From the sequence record SRR31156797_1198: 64,000 nucleotides of DNA; one strand, given 5' to 3'. Of the stretch, positions 45,900 to 57,567 are shown in pieces. Positions within the stretch are counted from its first letter, which is position 1, and every line of letters begins with the position of its first letter. The notes beneath the pieces were generated by a model that was given only the letters and a program-made list of their open reading frames with translations, was not told the origin of the DNA and made no database searches. Both the position numbers and the translations under genes were made by a program.

Positions 45900-46107
45900 T
45901 TCTTTTCCTCACTTTATATAAATTGACATGGAGTCTCCTAGCATTATAGCGATGAATGTTGAAACTTTCAAGTAAAGCCGAGGATTTCATCGGGAAAGGC
46001 TTAGGGCTGGTGAAAGAAAAATTTTGGCTGCTGCTGCCTTCCTAGTAGAACCTGACGGCTTCCTATGCTAGAGTATTGGTAGAATAGTCAGACAAAGGAG
46101 CAGACGA

Positions 46108-46926
46108 ATGGTGGATTGGTTGGTTGGATTGTCGCCATGGCAGCAAGCGCTGGCGGGGACGATCTTTACGTATGGTATGACGGCGCTTGGGGCAGCGCTA
46201 GTCTTTTTCTTCAAAGAAATCAATAAAAATGTCCTGAATACAATGCTGGGGTTTGCCTCTGGAGTGATGATCGCCGCTAGTTTCTGGTCGTTATTAGATC
46301 CTGCGATCGCACGAGCCGAAGAAAATGGCGACATTCCGTGGCTGGTGGTCAGTATCGGGTTTGGTTTGGGCGGTTTGTTTCTTTATGCAGCAGATAAGAC
46401 ACTCCCACATATGCATTTTGGTCCGAATCATGAAACAGAAGGATTGCCTAGTCATTTGAAGCGAACGATCTTGCTGGTTTTTTCCATCACACTACATAAT
46501 ATCCCGGAAGGCTTGGCGGTAGGGGTAGCGTTTGGGGCGGCGGCTAGTGCTGATGATCCGCGAGCTGCGATCTTAGCAGCACTTTCGGTAGCGATCGGGA
46601 TCGGGATCCAGAATTTTCCAGAAGGCGCAGCCGTTTCGATCCCCTTGCGCCAAGAAGGGTTAAGCCGAACCAAAGCCTTTATGTATGGGCAAGCATCTGG
46701 GATCGTTGAACCGATCGCGGGTGTGATCGGGGCTTTGTTGGTAACGAGTATGTCCGCTGTCTTGCCGTATGCGTTGGCTTTTGCAGCGGGTGCTATGATT
46801 TATGTGGTGGTGGAAGAATTGATTCCAGAAGCGCAGCAAACCTTGACGAGTCGCCGCCATTTTGCGGTCTTTGGCGTCATGTTAGGCTTTATCTTAATGA
46901 TGGTTCTAGATGTCGCATTAGGCTGA
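46108..46926 (+). CDS. ZIP family metal transporter (ZupT/GufA-like)
   Basis: GFASGVMIAAS, LHNIPEGLAVG, IQNFPEG. Confidence 0.92.
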   Translation: MVDWLVGLSPWQQALAGTIFTYGMTALGAALVFFFKEINKNVLNTMLGFASGVMIAASFWSLLDPAIARAEENGDIPWLVVSIGFGLGGLFLYAADKTLPHMHFGPNHETEGLPSHLKRTILLVFSITLHNIPEGLAVGVAFGAAASADDPRAAILAALSVAIGIGIQNFPEGAAVSIPLRQEGLSRTKAFMYGQASGIVEPIAGVIGALLVTSMSAVLPYALAFAAGAMIYVVVEELIPEAQQTLTSRRHFAVFGVMLGFILMMVLDVALG

Positions 46927-46983
46927 TGGATAGAAAAAACCACCTGACTGTTGGAAAGTCAGTTGGTTTTGGTTTTCCTGCAA

Positions 46984-47187
46984 TTAACGATAATATTTTC
47001 TTGGTTTTTGGCGAATCGAGGTTAACCAGCGAACGATCAAAACGGCCAGCAGTAAAGGAATCCCGAAACGGAAGATCAATCCGATCAACCCACCAACAAT
47101 GCCTAATACGACAGATAAAACAAGAGATGCTGCGATTAAAACTGCCACGACAGTAACGATTCTTCCTAATAAACTTTCTGTATTCAT
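46984..47187 (-). CDS. Small (67 aa) membrane protein
   Basis: AGGAGGAG RBS before ATG 47187; hydrophobic hairpin and basic tail. Confidence 0.75.
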   Translation of the reverse strand: MNTESLLGRIVTVVAVLIAASLVLSVVLGIVGGLIGLIFRFGIPLLLAVLIVRWLTSIRQKPRKYYR

Positions 47188-47220
47188 AGCGACTCCTCCT
47201 AGACTTTTTTTCTTATCCTT

Positions 47221-47288
47221 AGCATAGCAAGAAAGAAAAAGAAACACATCCAACTTAAGGCGGAATAATTGCTCCGCCGTGGGCCATA
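47221..47288 (-). promoter_or_regulatory. Extended -10 promoter with two LiaR-type boxes
   Basis: TGcTATGCT; 16-mers TCCAACTTAAGGCGGA (47249-47264) and TCCGCCGTGGGCCATA (47273-47288) fit T-N4-C-N4-G-N4-A. Confidence 0.5.
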
Positions 47289-47338
47289 GGTTTTGTGATA
47301 AACTAAACATGAAGTATTCATGAAAGGAGGCGAAACGA

Positions 47339-47740
47339 ATGAACGTAGAAATCCTCACGAGCCAAGTCATCACAGAAGGAGGGTGCAATGCCTGTTTGCC
47401 TTATGAACTCAATACCTTCACGCTGCAGCTGCCAGATGGTCGTAGTTTTTCGTTAGAAAACTTGGATGTTGCATCCTTGGTGATGCCCATCGCTCAAATC
47501 AATCAGTGGCAAACTCGCTTATTATTGGAAGAAGACGAAGGGCTGATCTATCGCAAAGGAACACAAGAAGTGATTTTTGTAGAAGGCAGCCGCCAGGATA
47601 CGTTTTCCAGCAAAGGACAGACGATTGCTTGTCCGAAAAAGAGTTGTGAAGCAGACGTTTTTGCCACAACCAATCGGGTGCTGACAGAATTGTTTGGCAT
47701 CGACCCGCTTTCCTTCGTTTTGCGGGCTGCACAAGCATAA
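47339..47740 (+). CDS. Hypothetical protein (DUF4809-like)
   Basis: AAAGGAGG RBS; TEGGCNAC motif. Confidence 0.65.
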   Translation: MNVEILTSQVITEGGCNACLPYELNTFTLQLPDGRSFSLENLDVASLVMPIAQINQWQTRLLLEEDEGLIYRKGTQEVIFVEGSRQDTFSSKGQTIACPKKSCEADVFATTNRVLTELFGIDPLSFVLRAAQA

Positions 47741-47769
47741 GAAGACGCAAAAACAACCCCTTGCACGGG

Positions 47770-47822
47770 TGTACCGACCTCCAAAAGTTCGCTTTTGATC
47801 GAACTTTTTGGGGGACACTACA
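47770..47822. mobile_element. 53-bp remnant made of two IS3-family-like terminal inverted repeats
   Basis: TG..CA ends; TGTACCGACCTCCAAAAGTTCG versus reverse complement TGTAGTGTCCCCCAAAAAGTTCG; sits in the loop of terminator 47749-47838. Confidence 0.5.
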
Positions 47823-47846
47823 GCAGGGGGCTGTTTTTGCATATCG

Positions 47847-49091
47847 TTACTTACGGATCTGTCCTTCGCCATAAATAATGTATTTGGTGGAAGTCAGTGC
47901 TTCTAACCCCATTGGCCCACGGGCATGTAGTTTTTGCGTCGAGATGCCGATCTCGGCACCAAAGCCAAACATAAAGCCATCCGTGAAACGGGTCGAGGCA
48001 TTGACGTAAACCGCCGCCGCATCAACTTCTTTCAAGAAGCGTTGGGAAGCGAAATAATCATCAGTGATGATCGCTTCGGAGTGCTTCGTATTGTAGCGAT
48101 TGATGTGGGCAATGGCTTCTTCTAGCGAAGCCACCACTTTGATCGCTAAGATATAGTCTAAAAACTCGGTTGCCCAGTCCTCTTCAGTGGCAAGCTGTGC
48201 ATTGTTTAAAAACGCCAATGCTTTTTCATCTCCTCGCAATTCGACTTGATTGGCAAATTGCTGTTCTACCATTGGCAAAAATTCCGCTGCCACTGCTTCA
48301 TGGACGAGGATCGTTTCGATGGCATTGCAGACAGAAGGGCGTTGCGTTTTTGCATTCGTAACGATCGCCAGTGCCATCGGCAGCTGGGCGGCTTGATCGA
48401 TGTAGATATGATTGTTGCCGGTGCCGGTTTCGATCACTGGTACTGTGGCGGTCTCTTTGACGCGACGAATCAAGCCGGCGCCCCCACGGGGGATCAAAAC
48501 ATCCAAGTAATCCGTCAGACGCATTAGTTCAGCCGCTGTTTCGTGGCTCGTGTCTTCGATAAACTGGATCGCATGGCGGGAGTGTCCATTGGCAGCTAAT
48601 GCCTCTTGTAAAATAGTCACGAGGACTTGATTGGAGTGGAAGGCTTCTTTTCCACCACGCAAAATCACGGCATTTCCTGATTTGAAACACAGACTAGCGG
48701 CGTCAGTGGTGACATTAGGACGAGCTTCGTAGATGATGCCGATGACCCCTAAGGGCACCCGCTGTTGACCAATCAAAAGATCGTCAGCATTGCGCCACAT
48801 TTTATCCACGGCACCGATTGGATCGGGCAATTGGGCGACTTCTCGGATGCCGTTAGCCATCTCTGTGATCCGTTGTTCTGTCAGCAACAGTCGATCCAGC
48901 ATCGTTTGGCTGGTTCCTTTGGCTTTTGCGGCAGCTAGGTCTTGTTGATTAGCAGCTAAAATCGTCTCAGTAGCTTTTTCTAAAGCATCGGCCATCGCTA
49001 CCAGTAGGTGATTTTTTTCACTGGCACTCAGTAAGCTTAATGTCTGGGCGCTTGCTTGAGCTTGTTGACCGATCGTTTGCAAGTTGCTCAT
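47847..49091 (-). CDS. proA: Glutamate-5-semialdehyde dehydrogenase
   Basis: [35 protein letters not shown]. Confidence 0.96.
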   Translation of the reverse strand: MSNLQTIGQQAQASAQTLSLLSASEKNHLLVAMADALEKATETILAANQQDLAAAKAKGTSQTMLDRLLLTEQRITEMANGIREVAQLPDPIGAVDKMWRNADDLLIGQQRVPLGVIGIIYEARPNVTTDAASLCFKSGNAVILRGGKEAFHSNQVLVTILQEALAANGHSRHAIQFIEDTSHETAAELMRLTDYLDVLIPRGGAGLIRRVKETATVPVIETGTGNNHIYIDQAAQLPMALAIVTNAKTQRPSVCNAIETILVHEAVAAEFLPMVEQQFANQVELRGDEKALAFLNNAQLATEEDWATEFLDYILAIKVVASLEEAIAHINRYNTKHSEAIITDDYFASQRFLKEVDAAAVYVNASTRFTDGFMFGFGAEIGISTQKLHARGPMGLEALTSTKYIIYGEGQIRK

Positions 49092-49903
49092 TGCTCATCC
49101 TCCGTTCGTTGATAAAAGTGGGTGCCGACAGGTTCCCCTGCGAGCAAGTCAAAAATAATTTTCGGCTGCTTGCCGTTAGCGAGCAGCATGTGACTGTTCA
49201 CGTCTAAGATGCGTTGGGCGGCTTTTAGTTTACTGGTCATACCGCCGGTTCCATAAGGACTGCCTTTTCCCGTAGCTTGTTCTAAAAGTTCCGGGGTGAT
49301 TTCATTGATCTCGGAATACAAAACGGCATCAGGATCATTCAGCGGATTGGCGGAATAAAAGCCATCGATATCAGAAAGCATGATCAAAAGCTCGGCTTTC
49401 GTCAACTGAGCGACGATCGCTGACAACTGGTCATTGTCGCCAAATTTGGTGAGATGGTCCAATTCATCTACTGCCACCGTGTCGTTTTCATTAATGATCG
49501 GGATGATCCCCATCGTAAGTAGTTGCTCTAAGGTGTTGCTAACGTTTTGACGGCTTTGGGGAAATTCGATGATGTCTCTGGTCAGCAGAATTTGTGCAGT
49601 CTGCTGGCTATAGCTTTGAAAACGCTGGTTGTAGATCGTCATCAGTTCCGATTGGCCAACGGCGGCCACGGCTTGCTGCTGTGGAATTTCCACGGGTCGT
49701 TCTTTCAAATTTAACTTGTTCATGCCAACACCGATCGCCCCGGAAGAAACTAAGATGATTTCTTTGCCTTGGTTTTGCAAAGCTGCTAAGACAAAGGCTA
49801 ATTCATCGATGCCAGCTAGATTGATGGCACCATTGGGATAAATCAACGAGCTGGTGCCGATTTTTACAACGATTCGGTTTTTGTTTGAAAGATCTGCGCG
49901 CAT
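49088..49903 (-). CDS. proB: Glutamate 5-kinase (no PUA domain)
   Basis: [32 protein letters not shown]. Confidence 0.96.
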   Translation of the reverse strand: MRADLSNKNRIVVKIGTSSLIYPNGAINLAGIDELAFVLAALQNQGKEIILVSSGAIGVGMNKLNLKERPVEIPQQQAVAAVGQSELMTIYNQRFQSYSQQTAQILLTRDIIEFPQSRQNVSNTLEQLLTMGIIPIINENDTVAVDELDHLTKFGDNDQLSAIVAQLTKAELLIMLSDIDGFYSANPLNDPDAVLYSEINEITPELLEQATGKGSPYGTGGMTSKLKAAQRILDVNSHMLLANGKQPKIIFDLLAGEPVGTHFYQRTEDEQ

Positions 49904-50091
49904 ATGCCACCGCCTATTTTTTGATATTTTTTCTATTGTACTCGCAAACGGGCGTTTCGTCATGCTCTTTTTTCTTTTTGAGCTATTTTAAACGAAGAAA
50001 TTGTAAAGACTTTTCGATAATTGTGTTTTCCATGAAGAAAATAGTTCTTCCTATGCTAAAATAGCTATATGTTTTATTATTGGAGGAACCC

Positions 50092-50601
50092 ATGAAATTA
50101 CGAGGATTTGAAATTATTACATCATATAAAGAAAAAAGCATCACCTTGCCTCAACGTGCCACCCATCATGCGGCTGGTTATGACTTTGAAGCCGCGGAAG
50201 AAATCGTGGTGCCAAGCATTTGGAAAGCGGGCGTGATCGATGGGGTCAAAGCGCTTTTTGCGAAAGAGACCGCAAAACAGTTGAAGCCAACCTTGATTCC
50301 CACTGGGATCAAAGCCTATATGGGGGAAGACGAGTATTTGCAGCTGACAAATCGTTCCAGCAATCCTTTGAAACGTTTCTTAGTCTTGACGAATGGTGTC
50401 GGCGTCATCGACAGCGATTACTATGACAATCCAGATAATGAAGGGCATATTATGTTCCAGTTTACTAATTTCGGCCCCACAGATGTCGTCATTAAAAAAG
50501 GCGAGCGGATCGGCCAAGGAATTTTCTTGCCGTTCTTAAAAGCTGATCAAGATACAACCACTGCCAGCCGAACCGGCGGCTTTGGCTCCTCGAATCAGTA
50601 A
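50092..50601 (+). CDS. dut: dUTPase
   Basis: AGYDF, RSS, GVIDSDY, RIGQ, RTGGFGSS. Confidence 0.95.
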   Translation: MKLRGFEIITSYKEKSITLPQRATHHAAGYDFEAAEEIVVPSIWKAGVIDGVKALFAKETAKQLKPTLIPTGIKAYMGEDEYLQLTNRSSNPLKRFLVLTNGVGVIDSDYYDNPDNEGHIMFQFTNFGPTDVVIKKGERIGQGIFLPFLKADQDTTTASRTGGFGSSNQ

Positions 50602-50645
50602 ATCCTGCCTGGGGGTCTGTTTGATAGAAGTAGTGGAGGAGATCA

Positions 50646-52016
50646 ATGGCAAAAAAAGCAAAAAGTCAATTTGTCTGTCAAAATTGCGGGTATAGTTCCC
50701 CTAAATATTTAGGAAAATGCCCCAATTGCGGCAGCTGGAATTCAATGGTAGAAGAAGTGATCCAAGAAACCGCTGATCGTCGTGTACGTACGACATTGTC
50801 GGGGCAAAAGATGCAGCCGACGAAAATTGCCGATGTCGTACCGAAAAAAGAACCGCGGGTCCAAACGAAACTCGCTGAGTTGAATCGCGTCTTAGGCGGC
50901 GGCGTGGTCCCAGGTTCCTTAATTTTGATCGGTGGGGATCCCGGGATCGGAAAATCGACGCTGCTCTTGCAAGTTTCCCAGCAATTAGCAGCGATCGGCG
51001 GAACGGTCTTGTATGTGTCAGGAGAAGAAAGTGCCGAGCAGATCAAAATGCGGGCGCAGCGCTTAGGCGCCATCGACACGGAATTTTATCTCTATGGGGA
51101 AACGGACATGTCAGAGATCAGTAAAGCGATCGAAAACATCCGTCCAGATTATGTGATCATCGATTCGATCCAAACCATGACCCAACCGGATATCACCAGT
51201 GTGGCAGGCAGTGTCAGCCAAGTGCGAGAAACGACCGCAGAATTGCTGAAAATCGCTAAAACCAATGGCATCGCCATCTTTATCGTTGGCCACGTGACGA
51301 AGGAAGGCTCGATCGCAGGACCGCGGATGCTGGAGCACATGGTGGATACCGTCTTGTATTTCGAAGGTGAAAAGCACCACAGCTTTCGGATTTTGCGGGC
51401 CGTCAAAAACCGCTTTGGGTCCACCAATGAGATCGGGATTTTTGAAATGGAAGAAGGCGGGTTGAAAGAAGTCGCCAATCCGTCACAAGTCTTTTTGGAA
51501 GAACGCTTAGAAGGCGCAACCGGATCGGCGATCGTAGTGGCAATGGAAGGCAGTCGGCCAATCTTGGTGGAGATCCAAGCACTGGTCACGCCAACGATGT
51601 TCGGCAATGCCAAACGCACGACGACGGGGCTAGACTTCAACCGGGTCTCGCTGATCATGGCGGTTTTAGAAAAACGGGCAGGCTTGCTGCTGCAAAATCA
51701 AGATGCCTACTTAAAAGCAGCCGGCGGGGTCAAATTAAATGAACCCGCGATCGATCTAGCAATCGCTGTTAGTATCGCCTCCAGCTATAAAGAAAAAGGC
51801 ACCAGCCCGACGGAGTGTTTTATCGGTGAAATTGGCTTGACGGGTGAGATTCGCCGAGTCAATGCGATCGAACAACGGGTCAAAGAGGTGCAGAAACTGG
51901 GCTTTACAAAAGTTTATTTGCCTAAAAACAATCTGACTGGTTGGCAGCCGCCAAAAGGCATCGAAGTCGAAGGCGTGTCTACCTTAGCCGAAACCTTACG
52001 GAAAGTCTTCCGTTAA
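50646..52016 (+). CDS. radA: DNA repair protein RadA/Sms
   Basis: C4 zinc finger, [15 protein letters not shown]. Confidence 0.97.
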   Translation: MAKKAKSQFVCQNCGYSSPKYLGKCPNCGSWNSMVEEVIQETADRRVRTTLSGQKMQPTKIADVVPKKEPRVQTKLAELNRVLGGGVVPGSLILIGGDPGIGKSTLLLQVSQQLAAIGGTVLYVSGEESAEQIKMRAQRLGAIDTEFYLYGETDMSEISKAIENIRPDYVIIDSIQTMTQPDITSVAGSVSQVRETTAELLKIAKTNGIAIFIVGHVTKEGSIAGPRMLEHMVDTVLYFEGEKHHSFRILRAVKNRFGSTNEIGIFEMEEGGLKEVANPSQVFLEERLEGATGSAIVVAMEGSRPILVEIQALVTPTMFGNAKRTTTGLDFNRVSLIMAVLEKRAGLLLQNQDAYLKAAGGVKLNEPAIDLAIAVSIASSYKEKGTSPTECFIGEIGLTGEIRRVNAIEQRVKEVQKLGFTKVYLPKNNLTGWQPPKGIEVEGVSTLAETLRKVFR

Positions 52017-52179
52017 AGTGGAGTCACTGCAAGAGAAAGGGGCAATCTCCCTTCCTCTTGCCCTGACGCTGCTGGTTCATTCATTGAACCAACCGACAGC
52101 CGCTGACTGGTGGAAGGAGTCAGTTTGGCAGCACGGATTTTTGAACAAAAGAAACCTACTGGAGTATGGAGGAACATGT

Positions 52180-53319
52180 ATGCAGAAACGAGTCATTACC
52201 GCACTAATGGTACTTGCCGGAGCAAGTCTAGGGATCTCACTGATGCCCATCGCATGGCAAGCCATTGGGCAAACCCAAAATGAATGGCTGAATAATAACA
52301 TCACTAATAGTTTGCTTGGAGCCCTTATTTTCTTTTTATTATCTTTACTATTAGCGAAATATATTGCAGCCGGTATTCGCAAAATTGAAGAAAAACTAAG
52401 TGAATTGAGCTTAACCTATCTCTTGTTTGGCGCAATTGGTTCGATCATCGGTCTGATGATTGGTGTGATCGTGTCGATTCCTTTTTACAATTGGGATATT
52501 CCTTTTATCAACGGGATCGCCCCAATTTTAGTGATGGTCCTGTTAGGGTATCTCGGTTTTCAGATCGGGACGACACGGATCGATGAATGGAAAAAAGTCT
52601 TTGCCCCGAAAAACAAAAAGGCAGAGCCTCAAGAGCAAGATGAACAGCAGATGCTAGAAAGAAAAATTGCGGACCATTTCCACAAATACAAAATTTTGGA
52701 TACCAGCGTGATCATTGATGGCCGGATCTATGATATTGCCAAAACCGGCTTTTTGGAAGGCGTCCTGCTGATCCCGAATTTCGTTTTGTATGAATTGCAA
52801 TACATCGCAGATTCTGGCGATAGTTTGAAACGGGTCCGGGGCCGTCGCGGCTTGGATATTTTGAATGCTTTGCAAAAAGAAGAAGGCATCGCAGTTGAGA
52901 TGTACGAAGGCGATTTTGAAGACATTTCCGAAGTCGACAGCAAGCTGATCAAGTTAGCGAAATTGCTGGATGGTGTCGTTGTGACTAATGACTACAACTT
53001 AAACAAAGTTTCTGAATTTCAAAATGTACCGGTCTTGAATATCAATGCGTTGGCCAATGCGGTCAAACCAGTGGTGATTCCAGGAGAAAGCATGCACGTC
53101 TTAGTAGTGAAAGCTGGCACGGAGCGGCAGCAAGGGGTCGCTTATCTAGATGACGGGACGATGGTCGTGGTGGAAGATGGCCAGCATTACATGAATGAAC
53201 ACATCGAAGTGATCGTCACCAGCGCCTTGCAAACGGCAGCTGGGCGGATGATTTTTGCCAAACCAGCCCATTCTGGTCGCGGCATCGACAATAAAGAAGG
53301 ATCAAAATCAGAGAAATAA
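52180..53319 (+). CDS. PIN/TRAM domain membrane protein (YacL-like)
   Basis: Four TM, LDTSVIIDGRI, RGRRGLDIL, YLDDGTMVVVE. Confidence 0.92.
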   Translation: MQKRVITALMVLAGASLGISLMPIAWQAIGQTQNEWLNNNITNSLLGALIFFLLSLLLAKYIAAGIRKIEEKLSELSLTYLLFGAIGSIIGLMIGVIVSIPFYNWDIPFINGIAPILVMVLLGYLGFQIGTTRIDEWKKVFAPKNKKAEPQEQDEQQMLERKIADHFHKYKILDTSVIIDGRIYDIAKTGFLEGVLLIPNFVLYELQYIADSGDSLKRVRGRRGLDILNALQKEEGIAVEMYEGDFEDISEVDSKLIKLAKLLDGVVVTNDYNLNKVSEFQNVPVLNINALANAVKPVVIPGESMHVLVVKAGTERQQGVAYLDDGTMVVVEDGQHYMNEHIEVIVTSALQTAAGRMIFAKPAHSGRGIDNKEGSKSEK

Positions 53320-53488
53320 TCCTCGGCAGCTGGCGTAAAATATGCCAGCTGCCTTTACTAATTGGGTTATTGATTGTACAATTCAACTTGAGGGTTCTGT
53401 TTTTTACGCGGGTCTTTCCCACTAAACTGAACAATAAGCCCCAAGCAGCTTGGCTGGCTTGGAAATCAGATGAAGGAAGAGGAAAACA

Positions 53489-54946
53489 ATGACAAAAGTA
53501 CGTGTACGTTACGCGCCAAGTCCAACAGGACATTTACACATCGGGAATGCTCGGACGGCTTTATTCAATTATTTGTTTGCTCGTCACAATGACGGTGAAT
53601 TTATTATCCGAATCGAAGACACCGATCAAAAAAGAAACATTGAAGATGGTGAAAAAAGCCAGCTTGAAAACTTGCAATGGTTAGGGATGGATTGGGACGA
53701 ATCACCTGAAAATCCAGGGGAATATGGGCCGTATCGTCAATCAGAACGCGGCGATATCTACCAACCACTGATCGATCAATTGCTCGCAAGCAATCGTGCG
53801 TATAAGTGTTATTGTACGGAAGAAGAGTTGGAAGCCGAACGCGAAGGCCAAAGAACGCGTGGCGAAATGCCTCATTATGCAGGGAAATGTGCCAACTTAA
53901 CACCGGAAGAGCAAGCCGAAAAAGAAGCACAAGGCTTGAAACCAGTGATTCGTTTCCGTGTCTCTCGCAATACTGAATACAAATTCCATGACATGGTCAA
54001 AGGCGAGATCGTTTTTGAATCAGATAATGTCGGTGGCGATTTTGTCATCCAAAAACGTGATGGCATGCCGACCTACAACTTTGCAGTAGCAGTGGATGAC
54101 CATCATATGAAAATCACCCATGTGTTGCGTGGAGATGACCACATCGCCAACACACCAAAACAGTTGATGATCTATGAAGCATTTGGCTGGCAAGCACCGG
54201 AATTCGGTCACATGACATTGATCATCAATAGCGAAACTGGGAAAAAATTAAGCAAACGGGACGAATCGATTCTGCAATTCATCGAGCAATACCGTGAATT
54301 GGGCTATTTGCCAGATGCTATGTTCAATTTTATTGCACTTTTAGGCTGGTCACCAGTTGGGGAGGAAGAAATTTTCTCTCAAGAAGAATTGATCAAAATC
54401 TTTGATCCTGAACGGTTGAGCAAATCACCAGCTGCCTTCGATGCCAAGAAATTGGAATGGGTCAATAACCAGTACATGAAACAAATGGATTTGGATGAAT
54501 TGACGGCAATGTGCGTTCCTTACTTGGTAAAAGCTGGCCGCATCGAAGAAACATTGACCGAAGAAAAAGCTGCTTGGTTGAAAAAAATCGTTTCCTTGTA
54601 TCAACCACAAATGAGTTTTGCGGCTCAAATCGTCGATCTTTCGGAATTGTTCTTCGAAGAACATCCTGAATTAGATGATGCAGCCAAAGAAGTCTTGGCA
54701 GGGGAAACCGTACCGACGGTTTTAACAGCCTTTAAAGAAAAATTGCTGGCGATGCCAGTTGTTGAAGCTGCAGCAGTCAAAGCAGCTATCAAGGAGATCC
54801 AAAAAGAAACAGGCATCAAAGGCAAGAATTTATTCATGCCGATCCGCGTGGCGGTCTCAGGCCAAACCCATGGACCAGAACTACCGGATACCGTTGAATT
54901 ATTAGGGAAAGAAAAAGCCCTTGATCATTTGAATAACGTGTTATAA
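53489..54946 (+). CDS. gltX: Glutamate--tRNA ligase
   Basis: [17 protein letters not shown]. Confidence 0.98.
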   Translation: MTKVRVRYAPSPTGHLHIGNARTALFNYLFARHNDGEFIIRIEDTDQKRNIEDGEKSQLENLQWLGMDWDESPENPGEYGPYRQSERGDIYQPLIDQLLASNRAYKCYCTEEELEAEREGQRTRGEMPHYAGKCANLTPEEQAEKEAQGLKPVIRFRVSRNTEYKFHDMVKGEIVFESDNVGGDFVIQKRDGMPTYNFAVAVDDHHMKITHVLRGDDHIANTPKQLMIYEAFGWQAPEFGHMTLIINSETGKKLSKRDESILQFIEQYRELGYLPDAMFNFIALLGWSPVGEEEIFSQEELIKIFDPERLSKSPAAFDAKKLEWVNNQYMKQMDLDELTAMCVPYLVKAGRIEETLTEEKAAWLKKIVSLYQPQMSFAAQIVDLSELFFEEHPELDDAAKEVLAGETVPTVLTAFKEKLLAMPVVEAAAVKAAIKEIQKETGIKGKNLFMPIRVAVSGQTHGPELPDTVELLGKEKALDHLNNVL

Positions 54947-54949
54947 ACA

Positions 54950-55172
54950 CAGCGAATAGACGAAGTACTAGCCGATTTTTTTCAGAGAGGCCACGGAAGG
55001 TGAGAGTGGTCAAAAAAGGCTAGGAAATGCACCTAGGAGTGGCTTTGGCGCAAGTCAAAGACGAAGCAGCGGACGTTACCCGCTTGAAGGCAGTGCCGAA
55101 CTGCGAACAAAAGTGGGACCACGCAAAAAAGCGTCTTTTGAATAAGGAAACTTATTTGAAAGACGCTTTTTT
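54950..55172 (+). promoter_or_regulatory. T-box riboswitch (Cys) leader of cysE-cysS
   Basis: AGAGAGGCCACGGAAGGTGAGAGTGG; specifier TGC 55028-55030; AAAAGTGGGACCACG; terminator AAAAAAGCGTCTTT/AAAGACGCTTTTTT. Confidence 0.9.
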
Positions 55173-55206
55173 CGTATCAAGAAGTTTGGATAAAGCAGGT
55201 GAGAAG

Positions 55207-55743
55207 ATGACTTGGTTCAAAAAAGCAATTGCGGCAACAAAAAAACACGATCCGTCGGTGCGATCAACGTTGGAGATCATCATCACGTATCCGGGATTCC
55301 ATGCCTTATTTTGGCATCGTTGGGCGCACTTTTTGTTTCAGCATCGCTGGTATTTTTTGGCAAAACTGACGGCCCAGTTTTGGCGTTTCTTGACCGGGAT
55401 CGAGATTCATCCTGGTGCCCAGATCGGCCAAGGGGTCTTTATCGATCATGGGATGGGGGTCGTGATTGGGGAAACGGCGATCATTGAAGATGATGTCGTC
55501 TTGTTTCACGGAGTCACCCTGGGGGGAACCGGCAAAGAGCGGGGCAAGCGTCATCCCACGGTTAAAACCGGTGCGTTTCTCTCAGCCCATGCGCAGATCT
55601 TAGGTCCTGTCACGATCGGTGAATATGCAAAGATCGGCGCCAATGCAGTGGTTTTGAAGGATATCCCCGCAGAAGCAACTGCTGTCGGCATCCCGGCAAA
55701 GATCGTTCGAATCAAAGGAAAGAAGGTTACCCACGATGATTAA
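55207..55743 (+). CDS. cysE: Serine O-acetyltransferase
   Basis: [24 protein letters not shown]. Confidence 0.95.
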   Translation: MTWFKKAIAATKKHDPSVRSTLEIIITYPGFHALFWHRWAHFLFQHRWYFLAKLTAQFWRFLTGIEIHPGAQIGQGVFIDHGMGVVIGETAIIEDDVVLFHGVTLGGTGKERGKRHPTVKTGAFLSAHAQILGPVTIGEYAKIGANAVVLKDIPAEATAVGIPAKIVRIKGKKVTHDD

Positions 55744-57148
55744 AATCTATAATACGCTGACACGAGAAAAAGAAGTGTTTCAGCCATTGGAAGAAAAGAA
55801 AGTAAAAATGTATGTTTGCGGACCCACCGTCTATAACTATATCCATATCGGGAATGGCCGCAGTACTGTTTCATTTGATACCGTACGTCGTTATTTCGAA
55901 TACCGCGGCTATACAGTGGACTATTTGATGAATTTTACCGATGTCGATGATAAAATCATTCGTGCAGCAAAAGAATTAGGTACGACGGCCCCAGAAGTGG
56001 CAGAGCGTTTTATCAACGCCTTCAATGAAGATACTGCAGCGCTGAATGTCAAACCTGCTACGATGAATCCTCGTGTGATGGATCATATTGAAGACATCAT
56101 TGCCTTTATTGCTGCTCTTGTAGAAAAAGGCTATGCCTATCCAGTCAATGGCGATGTTTATTACCGTACCCGTAAATTTGCTCACTATGGGCAATTAAGC
56201 GACCAATCCATCGACGAGCTGGAAGTCGGCGCAAGCCAGCGAACCGGTGAAGAACAAAAAATCAAGGAAGATCCGTTGGATTTTGCTTTGTGGAAAGCGG
56301 CAAAAGGCGATGAGATCGCTTGGGAATCTCCTTGGGGAGCCGGCCGTCCCGGCTGGCATATCGAATGCTCGGTGATGGCGACCAAACACCTAGGCGAGAC
56401 CATCGATATTCATGGAGGCGGACAAGACTTGACCTTCCCTCATCATGAAAATGAGATCGCCCAAAGCGAGGCAAAAACCGGCAAGACCTTTGCCAACTAT
56501 TGGATGCATAATGGCTATGTGACGATCGGTGAAGACGAAGAAAAAATGAGTAAGTCGCTGGGCAACTTCGTCACGGTGCATGAGATGGTCAAAAAAGTTG
56601 ATCCACAGGTGCTGCGTTTCTTTTTGGCAACGACTCAGTACCGCCGACCAATCAAATACAGCGAGACTACCTTGCATGAAGCACAAACCAATCTGCAAAA
56701 ATTGCGTACGACCTATGAAAATGCCAAATTCCGCTTGAATAGCAGTCACTATCAAGCCAGCGATGAGGAAGTCAATGCACCGGTTCTGGAAGAATTTGAA
56801 GAACGTTTCATCAAAGAAATGGACGATGATTTCAACGCGGCTAATGGGATCACAGTGGTCTATGAATTGGCGAAGTGGCTGAACTTAGCTAGCGAAGACC
56901 CAGAAACAGACTTGGCTTTATTAACCGCTGGATTAGCCAAGTTCAGCGAATGGCTGACGATTTTCGGGATTTATTTTGTATCAGAAGAATTGCTAGATGA
57001 AGAAATCGAACAGCTGATCAATGAACGAATCGCCGCCCGCAAAGCCAAAGATTTTGCCCGCAGCGACCAAATCCGTGATGAGTTGAAAGAACAAGGGATC
57101 ATCTTAGAAGATACCCCGCAAGGAACCCGATGGAGACGAGAAGTATGA
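55736..57148 (+). CDS. cysS: Cysteine--tRNA ligase
   Basis: [24 protein letters not shown]. Confidence 0.98.
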   Translation: MIKIYNTLTREKEVFQPLEEKKVKMYVCGPTVYNYIHIGNGRSTVSFDTVRRYFEYRGYTVDYLMNFTDVDDKIIRAAKELGTTAPEVAERFINAFNEDTAALNVKPATMNPRVMDHIEDIIAFIAALVEKGYAYPVNGDVYYRTRKFAHYGQLSDQSIDELEVGASQRTGEEQKIKEDPLDFALWKAAKGDEIAWESPWGAGRPGWHIECSVMATKHLGETIDIHGGGQDLTFPHHENEIAQSEAKTGKTFANYWMHNGYVTIGEDEEKMSKSLGNFVTVHEMVKKVDPQVLRFFLATTQYRRPIKYSETTLHEAQTNLQKLRTTYENAKFRLNSSHYQASDEEVNAPVLEEFEERFIKEMDDDFNAANGITVVYELAKWLNLASEDPETDLALLTAGLAKFSEWLTIFGIYFVSEELLDEEIEQLINERIAARKAKDFARSDQIRDELKEQGIILEDTPQGTRWRREV

Positions 57149-57567
57149 GAGATTATAAACAATTGAATGGTTTGGCATTGGCCTATGTGGGGGATGCGGT
57201 CTATGAAGTCTATATTCGCGATTATTTAGTCGCCCAAGGCCAAACCCGACCAAACCAACTGCACCATATGGCGACCCACTATGTATCTGCCAAAGCCCAA
57301 GCGGCGTTGATCCAAAAGATGTTGGATGAAGAGATCCTGACCGAAGAAGAACATGATTTTTATCGCCGCGGCCGTAATAGTAAAAGTCATACGGGTGCCA
57401 AAAATGCCGATGTCACGACGTATCGCATCGCTACTGGCTTTGAATCGCTGATCGGGTATTTGCACCTCACGCAGCAAAAAGAACGCTTAGACGAGCTGGT
57501 AGACTGGTGTATAAAGAAAGTAGGAGAAGAAGATGCGAGAAAAACCGCAAAGAAAGCGTCCAAATAA
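57145..57567 (+). CDS. mrnC: Mini-ribonuclease III
   Basis: [31 protein letters not shown]. Confidence 0.93.
   Translation: MRDYKQLNGLALAYVGDAVYEVYIRDYLVAQGQTRPNQLHHMATHYVSAKAQAALIQKMLDEEILTEEEHDFYRRGRNSKSHTGAKNADVTTYRIATGFESLIGYLHLTQQKERLDELVDWCIKKVGEEDARKTAKKASK

Noticed and set aside
49904-50091. Proline T-box before proBA
   Set aside because: No T-box motif or terminator in this short divergent region
52018-52179. N-terminal ORF extension or riboswitch before the PIN/TRAM gene
   Set aside because: Good RBS at the 52180 start; hairpins present but no recognisable aptamer or terminator
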